Below, one piece after another: positions 1-9,979 of a stretch of DNA of 52,533 nt. The stretch comes from a virus. Lineage: Duplodnaviria; Caudoviricetes. Position 1 is the first letter of the stretch, and every line of letters starts with the position of its first letter. Both the position numbers and the translations under genes were made by a program. The notes below the pieces were generated by a model, which saw only the letters and a list, made by a program, of their open reading frames with translations, did no database searches and was not told the origin of the DNA. The stretch lies in IMG/VR virus record IMGVR_UViG_3300021602_000010, positions 1 to 52,533 of that record; one strand, written 5' to 3'.

Positions 1-561
1 ATCATGTATGTCTATCCATTTTGAAAGGTGAATACTATCTAACTTGATATTAGGAATAAAATTTAAAAACTTTTTAAAAGTATTAAGTGTCCCGATATAC
101 AACACATCAGTAGTTAATTTAGTATCTGCTATTTTCCAGTTATTAGTAATTGTATGTATAATATTATCATACTTAACATTATCTACAATATGATTTACCA
201 AATCATATGACGGAAATAATGTAAAAATTAAATCCGGTCTTATAACAATAACAATATCATACTCAATGTTTTCAGCTACTACCTCAATGAGACCTCGTAT
301 TTTGTAAAGATATAGATGTATTCCACATGCTTCCGTCGTTGGTAAATCTTCAATTATTATTTTTTTAAAGTTCAATGATTTTTCAAGACTATCCCTATCA
401 ACAACTTCAGTTATTTTTTCATTATTGACGGGGTCGTCTTTGATACTTGTACTCCAAGTAGACATATAGATATCTAGATTGGGGATGTTTAAAAAGGGCC
501 AAAAGTTTTTAGCTATATTGAATTCTCGTAATTCACCTGCAATTAATAAAGCAATCTTCAT
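1..561 (-). CDS. Putative glycosyltransferase-like protein (MKIA..AG..R family), 3' end outside window; paralog of 2496..3281
   Basis: Not in the ORF track. ATG at 561 reads MKIALLIAGELREFNIAKNFWPFLNIPNLDIYMSTW...EYDIVIVIRPDLIF...TDVLYIG, and the frame is still open at position 1. Same motif layout as 2496..3281 (MKIAICLSGQFR...HSW...YDLVVKTRYD...SDTFFYG). Confidence 0.75.
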   Translation of the reverse strand, partial: MKIALLIAGELREFNIAKNFWPFLNIPNLDIYMSTWSTSIKDDPVNNEKITEVVDRDSLEKSLNFKKIIIEDLPTTEACGIHLYLYKIRGLIEVVAENIEYDIVIVIRPDLIFTLFPSYDLVNHIVDNVKYDNIIHTITNNWKIADTKLTTDVLYIGTLNTFKKFLNFIPNIKLDSIHLSKWIDIHD

Positions 562-564
562 ATA

Positions 565-1770
565 TTATTCGAAACTATGTATGTATAATCTATCTAATTC
601 ATTACTATCGGTTCCGCACATTTCCGCACAGTATGCCATTTTCCCATGTCTTATTGATTCTTTATCCCAAGACTTGGTAAATAATTCTTCTAATATACCT
701 GACTCGATAATGGTAAGTAAGTCACGTGAATTAAGGTCTAATTCTTTTATTTTAGCATTGACTTTATTTTTTATTTGTCTTACCTGAAAACTATCTATTC
801 CACTATCAAATTGTGTTCCAACATAACAACAAGGTAACAGTATTCCCTCAGCATTTACATAAATTTCTGAAAAATCATCATAAAGACTTTTACATTTAAT
901 ATTCTTTTTATTCAATGTTTCTTCATAGGTTCCCAACTCAACAGCCTCAATAGTTTCATCAAACTGATCTACTTTATTTTTTAATCTTGGGAAAAATTTT
1001 AATTTCTTAGCTTCATTAAGTTCAGTAACATCTATATTATAATCTCGGTCTTTGAATTCTAATCTTGAGCTAGAAATATGATATTGTTCCTGAGTAGGGG
1101 GCAATATCTTATATTGTGTTATTCCGTTTTTATCAAATGCCATTCTTGGTTTCAAATTGTTGTTTATTGGATCATCAAAGCCAAAAGCTCGTTTAGGCAA
1201 AAACAATTTAAATCCCATATCATATGCTAGTTTTTTTGCTTCTGATATTTGATGTTCATTATGCCTAAATACTAAGAACTCCCATGTGGCATTTCCGCCA
1301 GCACTAATAAAAGTTTTTACGTTAGTTATCAGAGTATTCCAATCAACATTTCTTCTATATAAATGATTGGTATCTTCCAACCCATCAATTGAAAATACCA
1401 ACCTCATGTTATTGTGTTTAAATAACTTACCCATATTTGTCCAAAACTCAGCATTCCTAATTCCACCGTTTGTATGTACAGTTTGATTACAGTTTGAATT
1501 TAGTTTATGTACATATTCAAATATGTCAAAGCAGTCTTTGGCCATTAATGGATCACCCATTGTGCCACAATATAATATTCTAGTAAATTCTTTTATACTA
1601 TCAACAGTGAAATAATTTTTAAATTTATCTAATGTGATTTGTGTTAGTTTTAAATCCGGTCGTACTACATCAGTGCCTTCATAAAATCTAGGGCACATTG
1701 GACAGGCAGCATTACAGAATGTTGAGAGTTCTATGTGCAATAATTTTGGTGTTAATTGTTTCCAGGTCAT
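565..1770 (-). CDS. Radical SAM protein with C-terminal SPASM/twitch-type auxiliary Fe-S domain
   Basis: CNAACPMC (CxxxCxxC), GTMGDP, HTNG and FSIDG core motifs. C-terminal C...IYVNAEG.LLPCC...CAEMC. Confidence 0.9.
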   Translation of the reverse strand: MTWKQLTPKLLHIELSTFCNAACPMCPRFYEGTDVVRPDLKLTQITLDKFKNYFTVDSIKEFTRILYCGTMGDPLMAKDCFDIFEYVHKLNSNCNQTVHTNGGIRNAEFWTNMGKLFKHNNMRLVFSIDGLEDTNHLYRRNVDWNTLITNVKTFISAGGNATWEFLVFRHNEHQISEAKKLAYDMGFKLFLPKRAFGFDDPINNNLKPRMAFDKNGITQYKILPPTQEQYHISSSRLEFKDRDYNIDVTELNEAKKLKFFPRLKNKVDQFDETIEAVELGTYEETLNKKNIKCKSLYDDFSEIYVNAEGILLPCCYVGTQFDSGIDSFQVRQIKNKVNAKIKELDLNSRDLLTIIESGILEELFTKSWDKESIRHGKMAYCAEMCGTDSNELDRLYIHSFE

Positions 1771-2499
1771 TTATAAATCCATATTCTGTAACAGGTCATT
1801 TTTTTCAATATATTCTAATAAGAAACGGGCCCATTGTTGATGACCTTCTTCTAATGGGTGATTATTAGGGCCGACACTTAATGAGTTATTTAATACAAAT
1901 CCCATAAATGATTCTTCTCTATAAATTCTAGGAGTATCATATAATAACAACTTTTGCTCTGGATTTATATGAGTAGCTTCAATATCTTTTTCCCATGATG
2001 ATAACATTGAATAGGTGATCAAATATGGTATTTTTAATTGCCTTAGGAAATTTTGAATTCCTAAAGTAATCATAAAATTATATGTATATATCGCACAATC
2101 ATGGCTAAAATCTTTAGTTAAAATTTCCCATAACTTATTCATATGTACATAGCCGTTTGGTGGAGCAGGTTGGTGATGCGCCATGAACAGCATGTAGTTT
2201 CCGTGATTATCACAAAATTCTCTCCTAATAGCAGAACTTAATGTTACTGTACAAAAAATTTCTTCAGGTTTGTATGTTGTTAATAATTTTGGAATATCGG
2301 TAATTAAACATCTATACACACGTTCGTTACTTCCGCCTTGCATGGAGTTATTCTGGTATTCTTCAATTTTTAACTTATCAGTTATTATACTAGAATAGCA
2401 ATGTTTTCTTCGGTAATCATCAAAAACGCTATGGTGTGCAGTTCCCAATTCTGCCCCGAACCCATAACTGTCTCCGTTAGCATATAAAAATTTAATCAT
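1771..2499 (-). CDS. SGNH/GDSL hydrolase-like protein (DUF6071-like), possible acyl esterase/transferase
   Basis: N-terminal LYANGDSY (GDS), GGSN block, and C-terminal NHPLEEGHQQWA (HP) match the SGNH-fold layout. Confidence 0.7.
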   Translation of the reverse strand: MIKFLYANGDSYGFGAELGTAHHSVFDDYRRKHCYSSIITDKLKIEEYQNNSMQGGSNERVYRCLITDIPKLLTTYKPEEIFCTVTLSSAIRREFCDNHGNYMLFMAHHQPAPPNGYVHMNKLWEILTKDFSHDCAIYTYNFMITLGIQNFLRQLKIPYLITYSMLSSWEKDIEATHINPEQKLLLYDTPRIYREESFMGFVLNNSLSVGPNNHPLEEGHQQWARFLLEYIEKNDLLQNMDL

Positions 2500-3281
2500 T
2501 TATACATCTCTCTATTTAACTCACTTAACCTATGATAGTCTTTAACCACATCTAGTCCTATTCCTGCATGTCTATAAATTACTTCCTGCATTCCTGCACT
2601 AGAAATACGCATATTATGTTTGGCAGAAAATTCGGACATTAAACAGCCAGGGCCCGGGCTATCAAAATCATATATGTTTACACCCAAATTTCTATAGTTC
2701 AGGTATCTATATAGATCACACATGATATCCATGGCAGTAGTATTGCCATAGAAAAAAGTATCAGATACATTAATCCTGCTATATTCCATATTCATTCTAT
2801 TGCTGCCATTGGTAAAAATTTCTAAATGGTCAGTCAATGGTTCATATTGGAGTTGAGAGATTGGATTAAAAGTTGATTCCGGGTAATAAACAAAATCATA
2901 TCGTGTTTTTACTACAAGATCATATTTGAAATTATTTTCAACTTCATATTCTTTCTTTAACCAATTTGCCATCATAAGGCTGTAGAACAATTCACTCCAA
3001 GGACCAACGTATTTTGCATCCTTGTGTGAATTTTCTTCTATGACTATTTTTTTTGGTTTTAATAATTCTTGAAGTGTAGATTCAATATAGTCTTTGTCAA
3101 ATTTACTATCAATAGTGTCTAATGATTTTCTATGCCTGTCAGGCGTAGCTAATCTCAGATTATTGTCTTGCCATGAATGACAAAAATAATCACAGTCGTG
3201 TCCTTGAAAAAAATTTAAAAGGGACGGCAAGGCATACTCACCTGTTCTGAACTGTCCTGATAAACAAATTGCTATTTTCAT
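2496..3281 (-). CDS. Putative glycosyltransferase-like protein (MKIAICLSGQ.R family)
   Basis: MKIAICLSGQFR, FCHSW, YDLVVKTRYD and SDTFFYG motifs, typical of phage and polysaccharide-locus GT-like proteins. ATGA overlaps with both neighbours. Confidence 0.65.
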   Translation of the reverse strand: MKIAICLSGQFRTGEYALPSLLNFFQGHDCDYFCHSWQDNNLRLATPDRHRKSLDTIDSKFDKDYIESTLQELLKPKKIVIEENSHKDAKYVGPWSELFYSLMMANWLKKEYEVENNFKYDLVVKTRYDFVYYPESTFNPISQLQYEPLTDHLEIFTNGSNRMNMEYSRINVSDTFFYGNTTAMDIMCDLYRYLNYRNLGVNIYDFDSPGPGCLMSEFSAKHNMRISSAGMQEVIYRHAGIGLDVVKDYHRLSELNREMYK

Positions 3282-3889
3282 TCTGTAATTTCTTTAAATT
3301 TATATATTCCCGGAATCATTTGTATAGCACAATATGTCTTTAAATTTAATGTTTTTAAATAATAATAAAATGCATGGCCCGGTGTTCTATCACCAAAAGC
3401 TTTATCATCAGATGCCAATTTTTCAATTTTTTCTTTAACGTTTACAAAATTTGAAGCTAAATCAAATATTCTTGACATACAATAAAACCCTGAGTTATCA
3501 ATTGAAGTTTTCCAGCTACTTTTATTAAAGAATCCTGAAAAGTAATGTAGAGAAAAGTCAGCACATTTAATATTATTAAATTTTAAATTCTCAATTGATG
3601 AGGTAATGTTTCCCACGTTAATTGCAATTACATAATGAAATTCTTTTTTACTATCTATTTCAAATTTTCTTTTTTTAAATGCAACTTGATATAAATTATC
3701 CCAAACTGACGTATTTGTTATTTCATAAAAATATGTAACATTGATGTGAGATTTAAATTTTTCATTGCATATTTCTAAAGAATGGGATATCAGTTCTGCA
3801 TTGATATTATCTCCATATAACACTATTGCAATTTTAGAATCATAATTTAACATGCCACTAGGATTATCATAATCTATATTATAAATCAT
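3278..3889 (-). CDS. Hypothetical protein (possibly a degenerate member of the same GT-like family)
   Basis: 203-aa ORF in the operon. KIAIVLYG and KKRKFEIDSKKEFHYVI loosely echo KIAICLSG and LKKEYEVENNFKYDLVV of 2496..3281. Confidence 0.55.
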   Translation of the reverse strand: MIYNIDYDNPSGMLNYDSKIAIVLYGDNINAELISHSLEICNEKFKSHINVTYFYEITNTSVWDNLYQVAFKKRKFEIDSKKEFHYVIAINVGNITSSIENLKFNNIKCADFSLHYFSGFFNKSSWKTSIDNSGFYCMSRIFDLASNFVNVKEKIEKLASDDKAFGDRTPGHAFYYYLKTLNLKTYCAIQMIPGIYKFKEITE

Positions 3890-3903
3890 TATATATTTTT
3901 TAT

Positions 3904-5337
3904 TTAAGGTTGGTACTCTTCCGTCTCATAATTACGAATTCCTTCATTAGTTAAGGGTTTAATTGTAAATACTTTATGAACAGTAATTGTATCATACCAT
4001 TCAGCAAGTTCTGGAAATGTTTCTATTAAGTTTTTATTTCTTCTTTCATCATACTGAGTAAAAAAACTTTTAAAATCAACAAATAATAAATTCTTATCTG
4101 TTGGGGCAAATACATGCCCACGGTCTAATACTTCAACATAATCTAGTAAGCGTTTAATCTGACTCATTTCACCTTCTACAAATAAAGGTGAATCTTTGTT
4201 CTTATCATACCATTTTTGTAATTTAGCATGAACTTGTGCTTTTATATTGTCCGGTAATGTTAGTGGGCTCATAAAACTAGGCCATCTCAACATATTCAAT
4301 GATAAGTTAGGCCTATGATGTCCATATTTGGCTTTTAATTCCATCATGTCATCAAAGAAATCAGTAATGCTGAATAGGCACAAATTATTGATAGTCATCA
4401 TTATAGTACATGCTCTAAACTTAGCATTTTCTAAGAACATAACTAAATTATTTCTCCATATATCATATTTTAAACCGTCTCTAATATATTCGGCATGAGC
4501 ACCAAAACTTTCATTACTAGTATAAAGGTCAAACTCTCTGATAGGCAATGTATGTGTTATTCCTATTAATTTTTCCATGGCCTTTTCGCTTGATCCTAAA
4601 TTACTATTAACAGCAAATCTAAGGTTAGAACAATCGCTAGCATGTAGTATATCTACAAATCTCCAAAAGTTTTGACTGACACTAGCTTCTCCACCAGTAA
4701 CTCTTATCTCATCTAAAGACTTTGATAATTCCGGCCACCAAGCAAAGAAAGCATCCATATATGGATTATTTTCTAAATGTCTTCCATTAACTTCAGCCCA
4801 ACTTCCGTCAGATTGATATGCACCGCCACCGCCTCCCGGAGCAATAAAATTTTGATAGGCTCCATTTTTTTCTACGTCTTGTGCCCAAGTTGAACTATAC
4901 CCTGCATTGCAATAGCTACAAGCAAAATTACATTGACGATCAAAACTTATTTCTAAAGTCTTTAGTGCTACATCGGCATCCCAAGGAAGGTCTTTTAATT
5001 TTCTAATATCTTCTGGTTTATAAATTTCACTTTTATAAATCCTATCACTAGGATTGTCTCTACCAATACCTTCTACTTTCCAACAGTAAGAACACTCTGC
5101 TGGCTTTTTACCCTCAAGCATCATTTTTCGCATTTGCTTTTTATGGTCAGTATTATGTATAGCAGATGGATTATTTTTAATTTGTTCAGGGTTAATAGGG
5201 TGCGGTAGCGGTAAATGACAACTCATTGTTTCTCCACTACCCAGATGTATACTTGCATTATACCATTTAGCCGCACAAAAACTAGGGCTAATAGAATTTA
5301 AATGCTTTTCTCTCCATTGAATTAAATGTTCACTCAT
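3904..5337 (-). CDS. Twitch-domain radical SAM protein (copy 2)
   Basis: Start moved to ATG 5337 (MSEHL), just after the upstream stop. N-terminal FCAAKW..SCH..ECSYCW module, CNFACSYC, TGGE, NSNL. Confidence 0.9.
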   Translation of the reverse strand: MSEHLIQWREKHLNSISPSFCAAKWYNASIHLGSGETMSCHLPLPHPINPEQIKNNPSAIHNTDHKKQMRKMMLEGKKPAECSYCWKVEGIGRDNPSDRIYKSEIYKPEDIRKLKDLPWDADVALKTLEISFDRQCNFACSYCNAGYSSTWAQDVEKNGAYQNFIAPGGGGGAYQSDGSWAEVNGRHLENNPYMDAFFAWWPELSKSLDEIRVTGGEASVSQNFWRFVDILHASDCSNLRFAVNSNLGSSEKAMEKLIGITHTLPIREFDLYTSNESFGAHAEYIRDGLKYDIWRNNLVMFLENAKFRACTIMMTINNLCLFSITDFFDDMMELKAKYGHHRPNLSLNMLRWPSFMSPLTLPDNIKAQVHAKLQKWYDKNKDSPLFVEGEMSQIKRLLDYVEVLDRGHVFAPTDKNLLFVDFKSFFTQYDERRNKNLIETFPELAEWYDTITVHKVFTIKPLTNEGIRNYETEEYQP

Positions 5338-5338
5338 G

Positions 5339-6793
5339 TCAATAAGGTCCTTGTGTTTGCCATCTGATAGTACACATTTTACATTGTGTAAAGAATTCTT
5401 CAAATTCTGGGAATGTTTCTAAGAAATTAGTGCCGCGGCGTGCATCATACTCAACTATGTATTCCGCAAACTGACCTCTTAAATGATTAAGTTTAGTTGA
5501 ATTTTTACCTAAAGAAATCATCTCATCTCTGATTACATAGAATAATCTTTCAAATCTGTTTACTTCATAATCAAAGAATCCTTTTCCACATAACGGGGGC
5601 CAATTCATTTGATGTATGTTTTTAAACATGTGTGTTACTGAATTTTCTACGTAGGGTAAAAAATCAGCAGAAGCTACCCATGGTGCTAAAAACTCAGGCC
5701 AACGTACATAAGGTACATCCAATGACACTGGGTTTTTGCGAATAGGTTGAATAGTATACTGATGTTTCATTTGAATGATATCATCCATTAACAATTTAAA
5801 ACTAGGTATGCTTAAAATATTATATGCGGCCATAACTGTAAGAAAACTATCAGGAATTTCCGAAAGAACACGATGACAATTATTCAACCATCTGTCATAG
5901 TTTAAGCCAAATCTAATATATTCTGCTTGTTTTCCGTGTGCTTCATTACTAGTATAGAGTTTAAAAGATTTAACCGCTTTTTTATCCTGAATAATTTGCA
6001 TCTTTTCAATGAACTTATTCATTAAGTCTAGTGGTACATCTAAATTAGAATTGATATTAAATTCCATTTGCGGTTGAGGATTTTCAATTAGGTAATCCAA
6101 TACCCTAAATACTTGTTTACTCATTAATGGTTCACCGCCGGTAATTCGGAACACATGCAAATCTTTAACTGCATCAGGCCACCATTTCCAAAAAGCCTCA
6201 ATATATGGATTGTGTTTTGTTATGGGCATAGGCATAGTATCAGTTTTAATCAAATAGTCTAAACTATGCAATGTCATATCTTGTAACTGATATGGTCCAT
6301 GCTGTTCTATCTCTTGTCTCCATGATGAAGAATACGACGGAGAACAGTATGCACATTTAAAATTACAAGTAGTATCAAATGATACTTCTAAATAAGTTGG
6401 ATTAACATCCGCATCCCATGGTCTTTTCTTTATATCATCTAGATAGGGTCTGGCCCAGTCCTCAGCACTTTTTGTAATTCTATCACTAAAAATAATACTT
6501 TCATTAGACTTGGTTAGTGCATCTTCTGCTCTCCAGCAATAATTACATTCTTGTGGTCTCTTACCTTCTAACATCATTTTTCGTTGCTGTTTTTTAAAAT
6601 CAGTATTATGCAATGCACTCGGAGATATTACAAGCTCCTCAATTGGAATTTTATGAGGTGATGGGTGATGACAACTATGTGTTGTTCCTGCACCCAAATG
6701 CATAGATACTTGATTCCATTTTGCTAAACAAAAACTAGGACTCACTGTGTCGAGTGAGTTTTTTGTATGTTGAAATTCATTATAATTATCCAT
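5339..6793 (-). CDS. Twitch-domain radical SAM protein (copy 1)
   Basis: Start at ATG 6793 (TAATG overlap with upstream stop). FCLAKW..SCHH..ECNYCW, CNFKCAYC, TGGEPL, NSNL. Clearly paralogous to 3904..5337. Confidence 0.9.
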   Translation of the reverse strand: MDNYNEFQHTKNSLDTVSPSFCLAKWNQVSMHLGAGTTHSCHHPSPHKIPIEELVISPSALHNTDFKKQQRKMMLEGKRPQECNYCWRAEDALTKSNESIIFSDRITKSAEDWARPYLDDIKKRPWDADVNPTYLEVSFDTTCNFKCAYCSPSYSSSWRQEIEQHGPYQLQDMTLHSLDYLIKTDTMPMPITKHNPYIEAFWKWWPDAVKDLHVFRITGGEPLMSKQVFRVLDYLIENPQPQMEFNINSNLDVPLDLMNKFIEKMQIIQDKKAVKSFKLYTSNEAHGKQAEYIRFGLNYDRWLNNCHRVLSEIPDSFLTVMAAYNILSIPSFKLLMDDIIQMKHQYTIQPIRKNPVSLDVPYVRWPEFLAPWVASADFLPYVENSVTHMFKNIHQMNWPPLCGKGFFDYEVNRFERLFYVIRDEMISLGKNSTKLNHLRGQFAEYIVEYDARRGTNFLETFPEFEEFFTQCKMCTIRWQTQGPY

Positions 6794-7743
6794 TACCAAC
6801 CTTCAATCTTTCTGATTACATCCATCTCTTTTACTAATGGACCTATGTTATACTTATCTGCATTATAATGTCTCTTAAAGAATTTACTTTGTTCAGTGTT
6901 TAATGTACACATTGGTAGTCCAAGTTTATTATTCAATGTCGTTCCCAAAAGTTCTGATTCAGTTGCAGGGTCTCTATGCTCATGTTCTTCCCAAAGAACT
7001 GTATAATTATCAAACCATTGTACGTTAGCAGGATCCCATTCAGTAAGCATAGTCATGTATGTACCAAGTCGTGCTCCATATATGGCCCATATACCATTTT
7101 CAACATCACTACCTACATTATGCCATATAGTTAAATTATTTAAGTTTCGACTTGCAACAGTTTCTTTAAATACATCCACTGTAGGTTTTGATCCACGGTC
7201 AAGAACCATTTTTACTCCTTCTCGGAATCCAGCTCGCCACGCTTGAAACGGAGTATAATTAGGATAAGTAGTAGAGTAGCAATCATGCATTGCCCAGTAT
7301 AAGTTATCTTTGCTGTCTAAACAAAAGTCAGCTATACGTGAAATATCCCCGTCAGTTTGATGCTCATGTGTTTTCATTTCACGCACATAAGTTTTTGTCC
7401 AAGAACTCATTCCACCATTGCCATAGCGTAATCCATTAATATTATTGATAGCTTTCCAACGATATTGCGCTAGTTTATAATTATCATCTTTTCCAGTGAA
7501 GTCAAGTTGGATGTTGAAGAAGGATTCTTCAGGCATGTTGTCACCGTCGATCAGAATAAAACGTTCTGTGTCACTTGCTTCACCTGCGGCTTTATGTGCG
7601 GCATCTGAACCTTTAACGTTGTCAACTCGTTTTGCCCAAGGAACCATGTTCTTTATTTTCAGCCAGAATTCTTCTTTTTGCGGTTCATCATAGCTTAGAT
7701 ATACGCAAGCTAAATCAGCCACATCAATTATATCAGAGTTCAT
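6793..7743 (-). CDS. Putative GT-A fold glycosyltransferase-like protein (SYDEP family)
   Basis: YLSYDEP, AAHKAA, FILIDGD (DxD), YGNGG and AWRAGFREGVK motifs. Confidence 0.6.
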   Translation of the reverse strand: MNSDIIDVADLACVYLSYDEPQKEEFWLKIKNMVPWAKRVDNVKGSDAAHKAAGEASDTERFILIDGDNMPEESFFNIQLDFTGKDDNYKLAQYRWKAINNINGLRYGNGGMSSWTKTYVREMKTHEHQTDGDISRIADFCLDSKDNLYWAMHDCYSTTYPNYTPFQAWRAGFREGVKMVLDRGSKPTVDVFKETVASRNLNNLTIWHNVGSDVENGIWAIYGARLGTYMTMLTEWDPANVQWFDNYTVLWEEHEHRDPATESELLGTTLNNKLGLPMCTLNTEQSKFFKRHYNADKYNIGPLVKEMDVIRKIEGW

Positions 7744-8071
7744 ACGTGTTTAGTTTCCATGTCATTGTTTCTCCTTGATAGTCATCATCGACCACAATAT
7801 TAAAATCTTCTGCTGCACACCGAATACCCGGACCCGGAACTAATCTGGAGACGACAACTGCTGAGATGCCCTCTACTAGTTTACCATTGACCACTCGCAG
7901 ATCAGGGCGACTTTGGGCAAAAGTTGAGGCATCCACAATGACGAAGTTACCGGGCAACGTGGTGTCACACGTATAACAAATCACCTTACCGACTTCGTCG
8001 TAGTATAAACGAAACTCAGGCTTGACCAGTTTAGGTGCCTCCCAGATTAGAGTAAAGTTTTTATCGTCCAT
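7733..8071 (-). CDS. Hypothetical protein
   Basis: ORF overlaps both neighbours by 11 nt; start taken at ATG 8071 (MDDKNF). Contains EFRLYYDEVGKVICY. Confidence 0.65.
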   Translation of the reverse strand: MDDKNFTLIWEAPKLVKPEFRLYYDEVGKVICYTCDTTLPGNFVIVDASTFAQSRPDLRVVNGKLVEGISAVVVSRLVPGPGIRCAAEDFNIVVDDDYQGETMTWKLNTYEL

Positions 8072-8855
8072 ATGCATCACTTATTGTATCAGAAAACGAT
8101 TTCAAATGATAGTGAAACGGGTATGATTGGACATATGAATTGACGCGCATCGGACGAAACTCAGTCACTAACACCTTAGTCCAGTCTTCGTGTGGCAGAC
8201 CGTTAACGTATTGCTTCATATGAACCATGCTCATTTCCGTGAAAGTTGGCAACATTGTTTTCTCCATACCCATTATGTGGCAGGCGATGGCGTATACCCA
8301 ATCAGTAGTGGCTTCTTCTTGTGAGGAACATTTCATCAAGGCACGATAGTCCGCCCAGTTTTCAAATATATCACGCACAATTTCAAAGAACTGCTTGGCC
8401 ACATCTGACTTTTTGAAGTATGTTATGGAGTTATACGCATCAGGTAGTTTATTATCATAGATGAATCGCCTATAAACTCTACAATCTGATATCTCTCCTT
8501 TAAAGTTTCTTATGACGGAACTCACTACCAGATCACGCGCACATAAAACGTCCCACCAGTATTCAATGGATTGTGGGATAATCATGTCAGCTTCAAGTTT
8601 GATTGTGTGATCATATGGGCTGGCTTCATATACCTGCCAGTCGTTAATGAGTTTCCATGTGCTCTTTGGGGCAAGATCACCATACGGCAATGGTACCACG
8701 TTATCAAACATTTCATCAGATTCGGCATGGTCAGATATGAGCGTAATGGATTCCTTCGGCATACAAGTACGAATTGACTTGGCCAACGTTCGGGCGCACT
8801 TCATGTAGTCAGTGCCATCGGCGTCTACTGCCAGAATAACAAAACCCCGGGTCAT
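8061..8855 (-). CDS. Nucleotide-diphospho-sugar transferase-like (GT8-like) protein
   Basis: MTRGFVILA...DYMKCA..LA.SI, SPYDHTIKLEADM (ExD), TTDWVYAIA and late His motifs. Paralog of 8852..9649. Confidence 0.65.
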   Translation of the reverse strand: MTRGFVILAVDADGTDYMKCARTLAKSIRTCMPKESITLISDHAESDEMFDNVVPLPYGDLAPKSTWKLINDWQVYEASPYDHTIKLEADMIIPQSIEYWWDVLCARDLVVSSVIRNFKGEISDCRVYRRFIYDNKLPDAYNSITYFKKSDVAKQFFEIVRDIFENWADYRALMKCSSQEEATTDWVYAIACHIMGMEKTMLPTFTEMSMVHMKQYVNGLPHEDWTKVLVTEFRPMRVNSYVQSYPFHYHLKSFSDTISDAYGR

Positions 8856-9649
8856 ATCAACTCCATAAAGTTAGCCTTGTTCATACAATGGAAGTCCATA
8901 TCCTTCAAGGTGATGTACTCCTTCTTTATCTTAGCTCGTTTCCAGCTGTCAAAAATTACTGTGTACTCAGTGTTGAGGTCATCATCAGAATTTCTAAATA
9001 TTGAAGTGTTCTTGCCGACATGAACAAGGTTCCAAGGAATGATATCCTGTGGATTAAAGGAGTGTCCGTTGGCTATCCGAAGGGCCAAGGTCAGAGCATA
9101 GTCGTTACGAAATACGCCACCGACGAAGTTATGTATGTTGGCGTAATGGTCATAGTTCTTTTGTACCATTTCCAGACAACCAAATATTTGTTCAGCCCTT
9201 CTTGTTTTCCTAAAAGTTACCACAGTTGCCCAAAGTGTCGTGAGAGAGTAGGCACTAAGAACTTCTTGAGGAACACCGGGGTGCATCAGAAAACTCGTGG
9301 TATCATGACAACAGAAGTCATCACAGAAGTCAAATGTTTTGAGCAGTGTATCTGAGTTGATCATGTAGTCAGTATCCAACAGAATGGTGTCGTCATATGG
9401 ACTAAGAGCATATGCACGATAACGGCCCTTATTGATCCAGGACGAATAGTCCCGTCGGTTACTCTTGTCGGCCGGTACCAATAACGTCTGATCAAAAACC
9501 GGATCGCATCGGCGCGATGACTCTGTATCCGTCACTATTGTAACAGGCAGATTAAGAAAGTGGGTTACTCGCTTCGCAGTTGCCACGGCCATGTCATAGT
9601 AGTTGAACTTTTCGTTGTTAAACGCAAAAAGCAGGACTCCTCGACTCAT
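8852..9649 (-). CDS. Nucleotide-diphospho-sugar transferase-like (GT8-like) protein
   Basis: MSRGVLLFAFNN..YYDMA, SPYDDTILLDTDY (DxD), FRNDYAL, DFHCMNK. Confidence 0.7.
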   Translation of the reverse strand: MSRGVLLFAFNNEKFNYYDMAVATAKRVTHFLNLPVTIVTDTESSRRCDPVFDQTLLVPADKSNRRDYSSWINKGRYRAYALSPYDDTILLDTDYMINSDTLLKTFDFCDDFCCHDTTSFLMHPGVPQEVLSAYSLTTLWATVVTFRKTRRAEQIFGCLEMVQKNYDHYANIHNFVGGVFRNDYALTLALRIANGHSFNPQDIIPWNLVHVGKNTSIFRNSDDDLNTEYTVIFDSWKRAKIKKEYITLKDMDFHCMNKANFMELI

Positions 9650-9963
9650 CTCTTGCTCTCAAGTTCTTTCCATTCTGCATACCAGGCGTTCATCACCGTG
9701 TTATACGTTTTCTGAAGAACTGCCAATAGAGCCGGGCCCTTAACCTGTACTGGATTATCAAAATTATCAATGACAATTATGGTGTCATCTATTGTGGAGT
9801 CGCTCTGGGCAATCAGAAATGAAATCAGTTGAGGACTGGCAGTCCATAATCCACCCTGTTCGGCAACTATTAGCTTGCTGGCGTATTTGTCTTTGAGGTA
9901 TGCTTTGGCTGAGTTGTGGGCGAAACGCGCCTTCACATCAGCAATTAATTGTGTGGTATCCAT
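9646..9963 (-). CDS. Hypothetical phage protein, first gene of the late modification operon
   Basis: 105 aa, AGGAG Shine-Dalgarno upstream, late promoter motif at 9980-9987, ATGA overlap with the next gene. Confidence 0.75.
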   Translation of the reverse strand: MDTTQLIADVKARFAHNSAKAYLKDKYASKLIVAEQGGLWTASPQLISFLIAQSDSTIDDTIIVIDNFDNPVQVKGPALLAVLQKTYNTVMNAWYAEWKELESKR

Positions 9964-9979
9964 CTATCACTCCTATGAG

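Noticed and set aside
479-787. 102-aa + strand ORF, and the many other short antisense or out-of-frame ORFs in the track (e.g. 9020..9355, 22809..23252, 35458..36069, 47040..47450, 51077..51286)
   Set aside because: They overlap longer genes with recognisable motifs, and lack motifs or RBS of their own; they are shadow ORFs.
3901-3908. CTTAAATA possible late promoter upstream of 3278..3889
   Set aside because: It lies in very AT-rich sequence where the motif can occur by chance, so it was not called as a feature.
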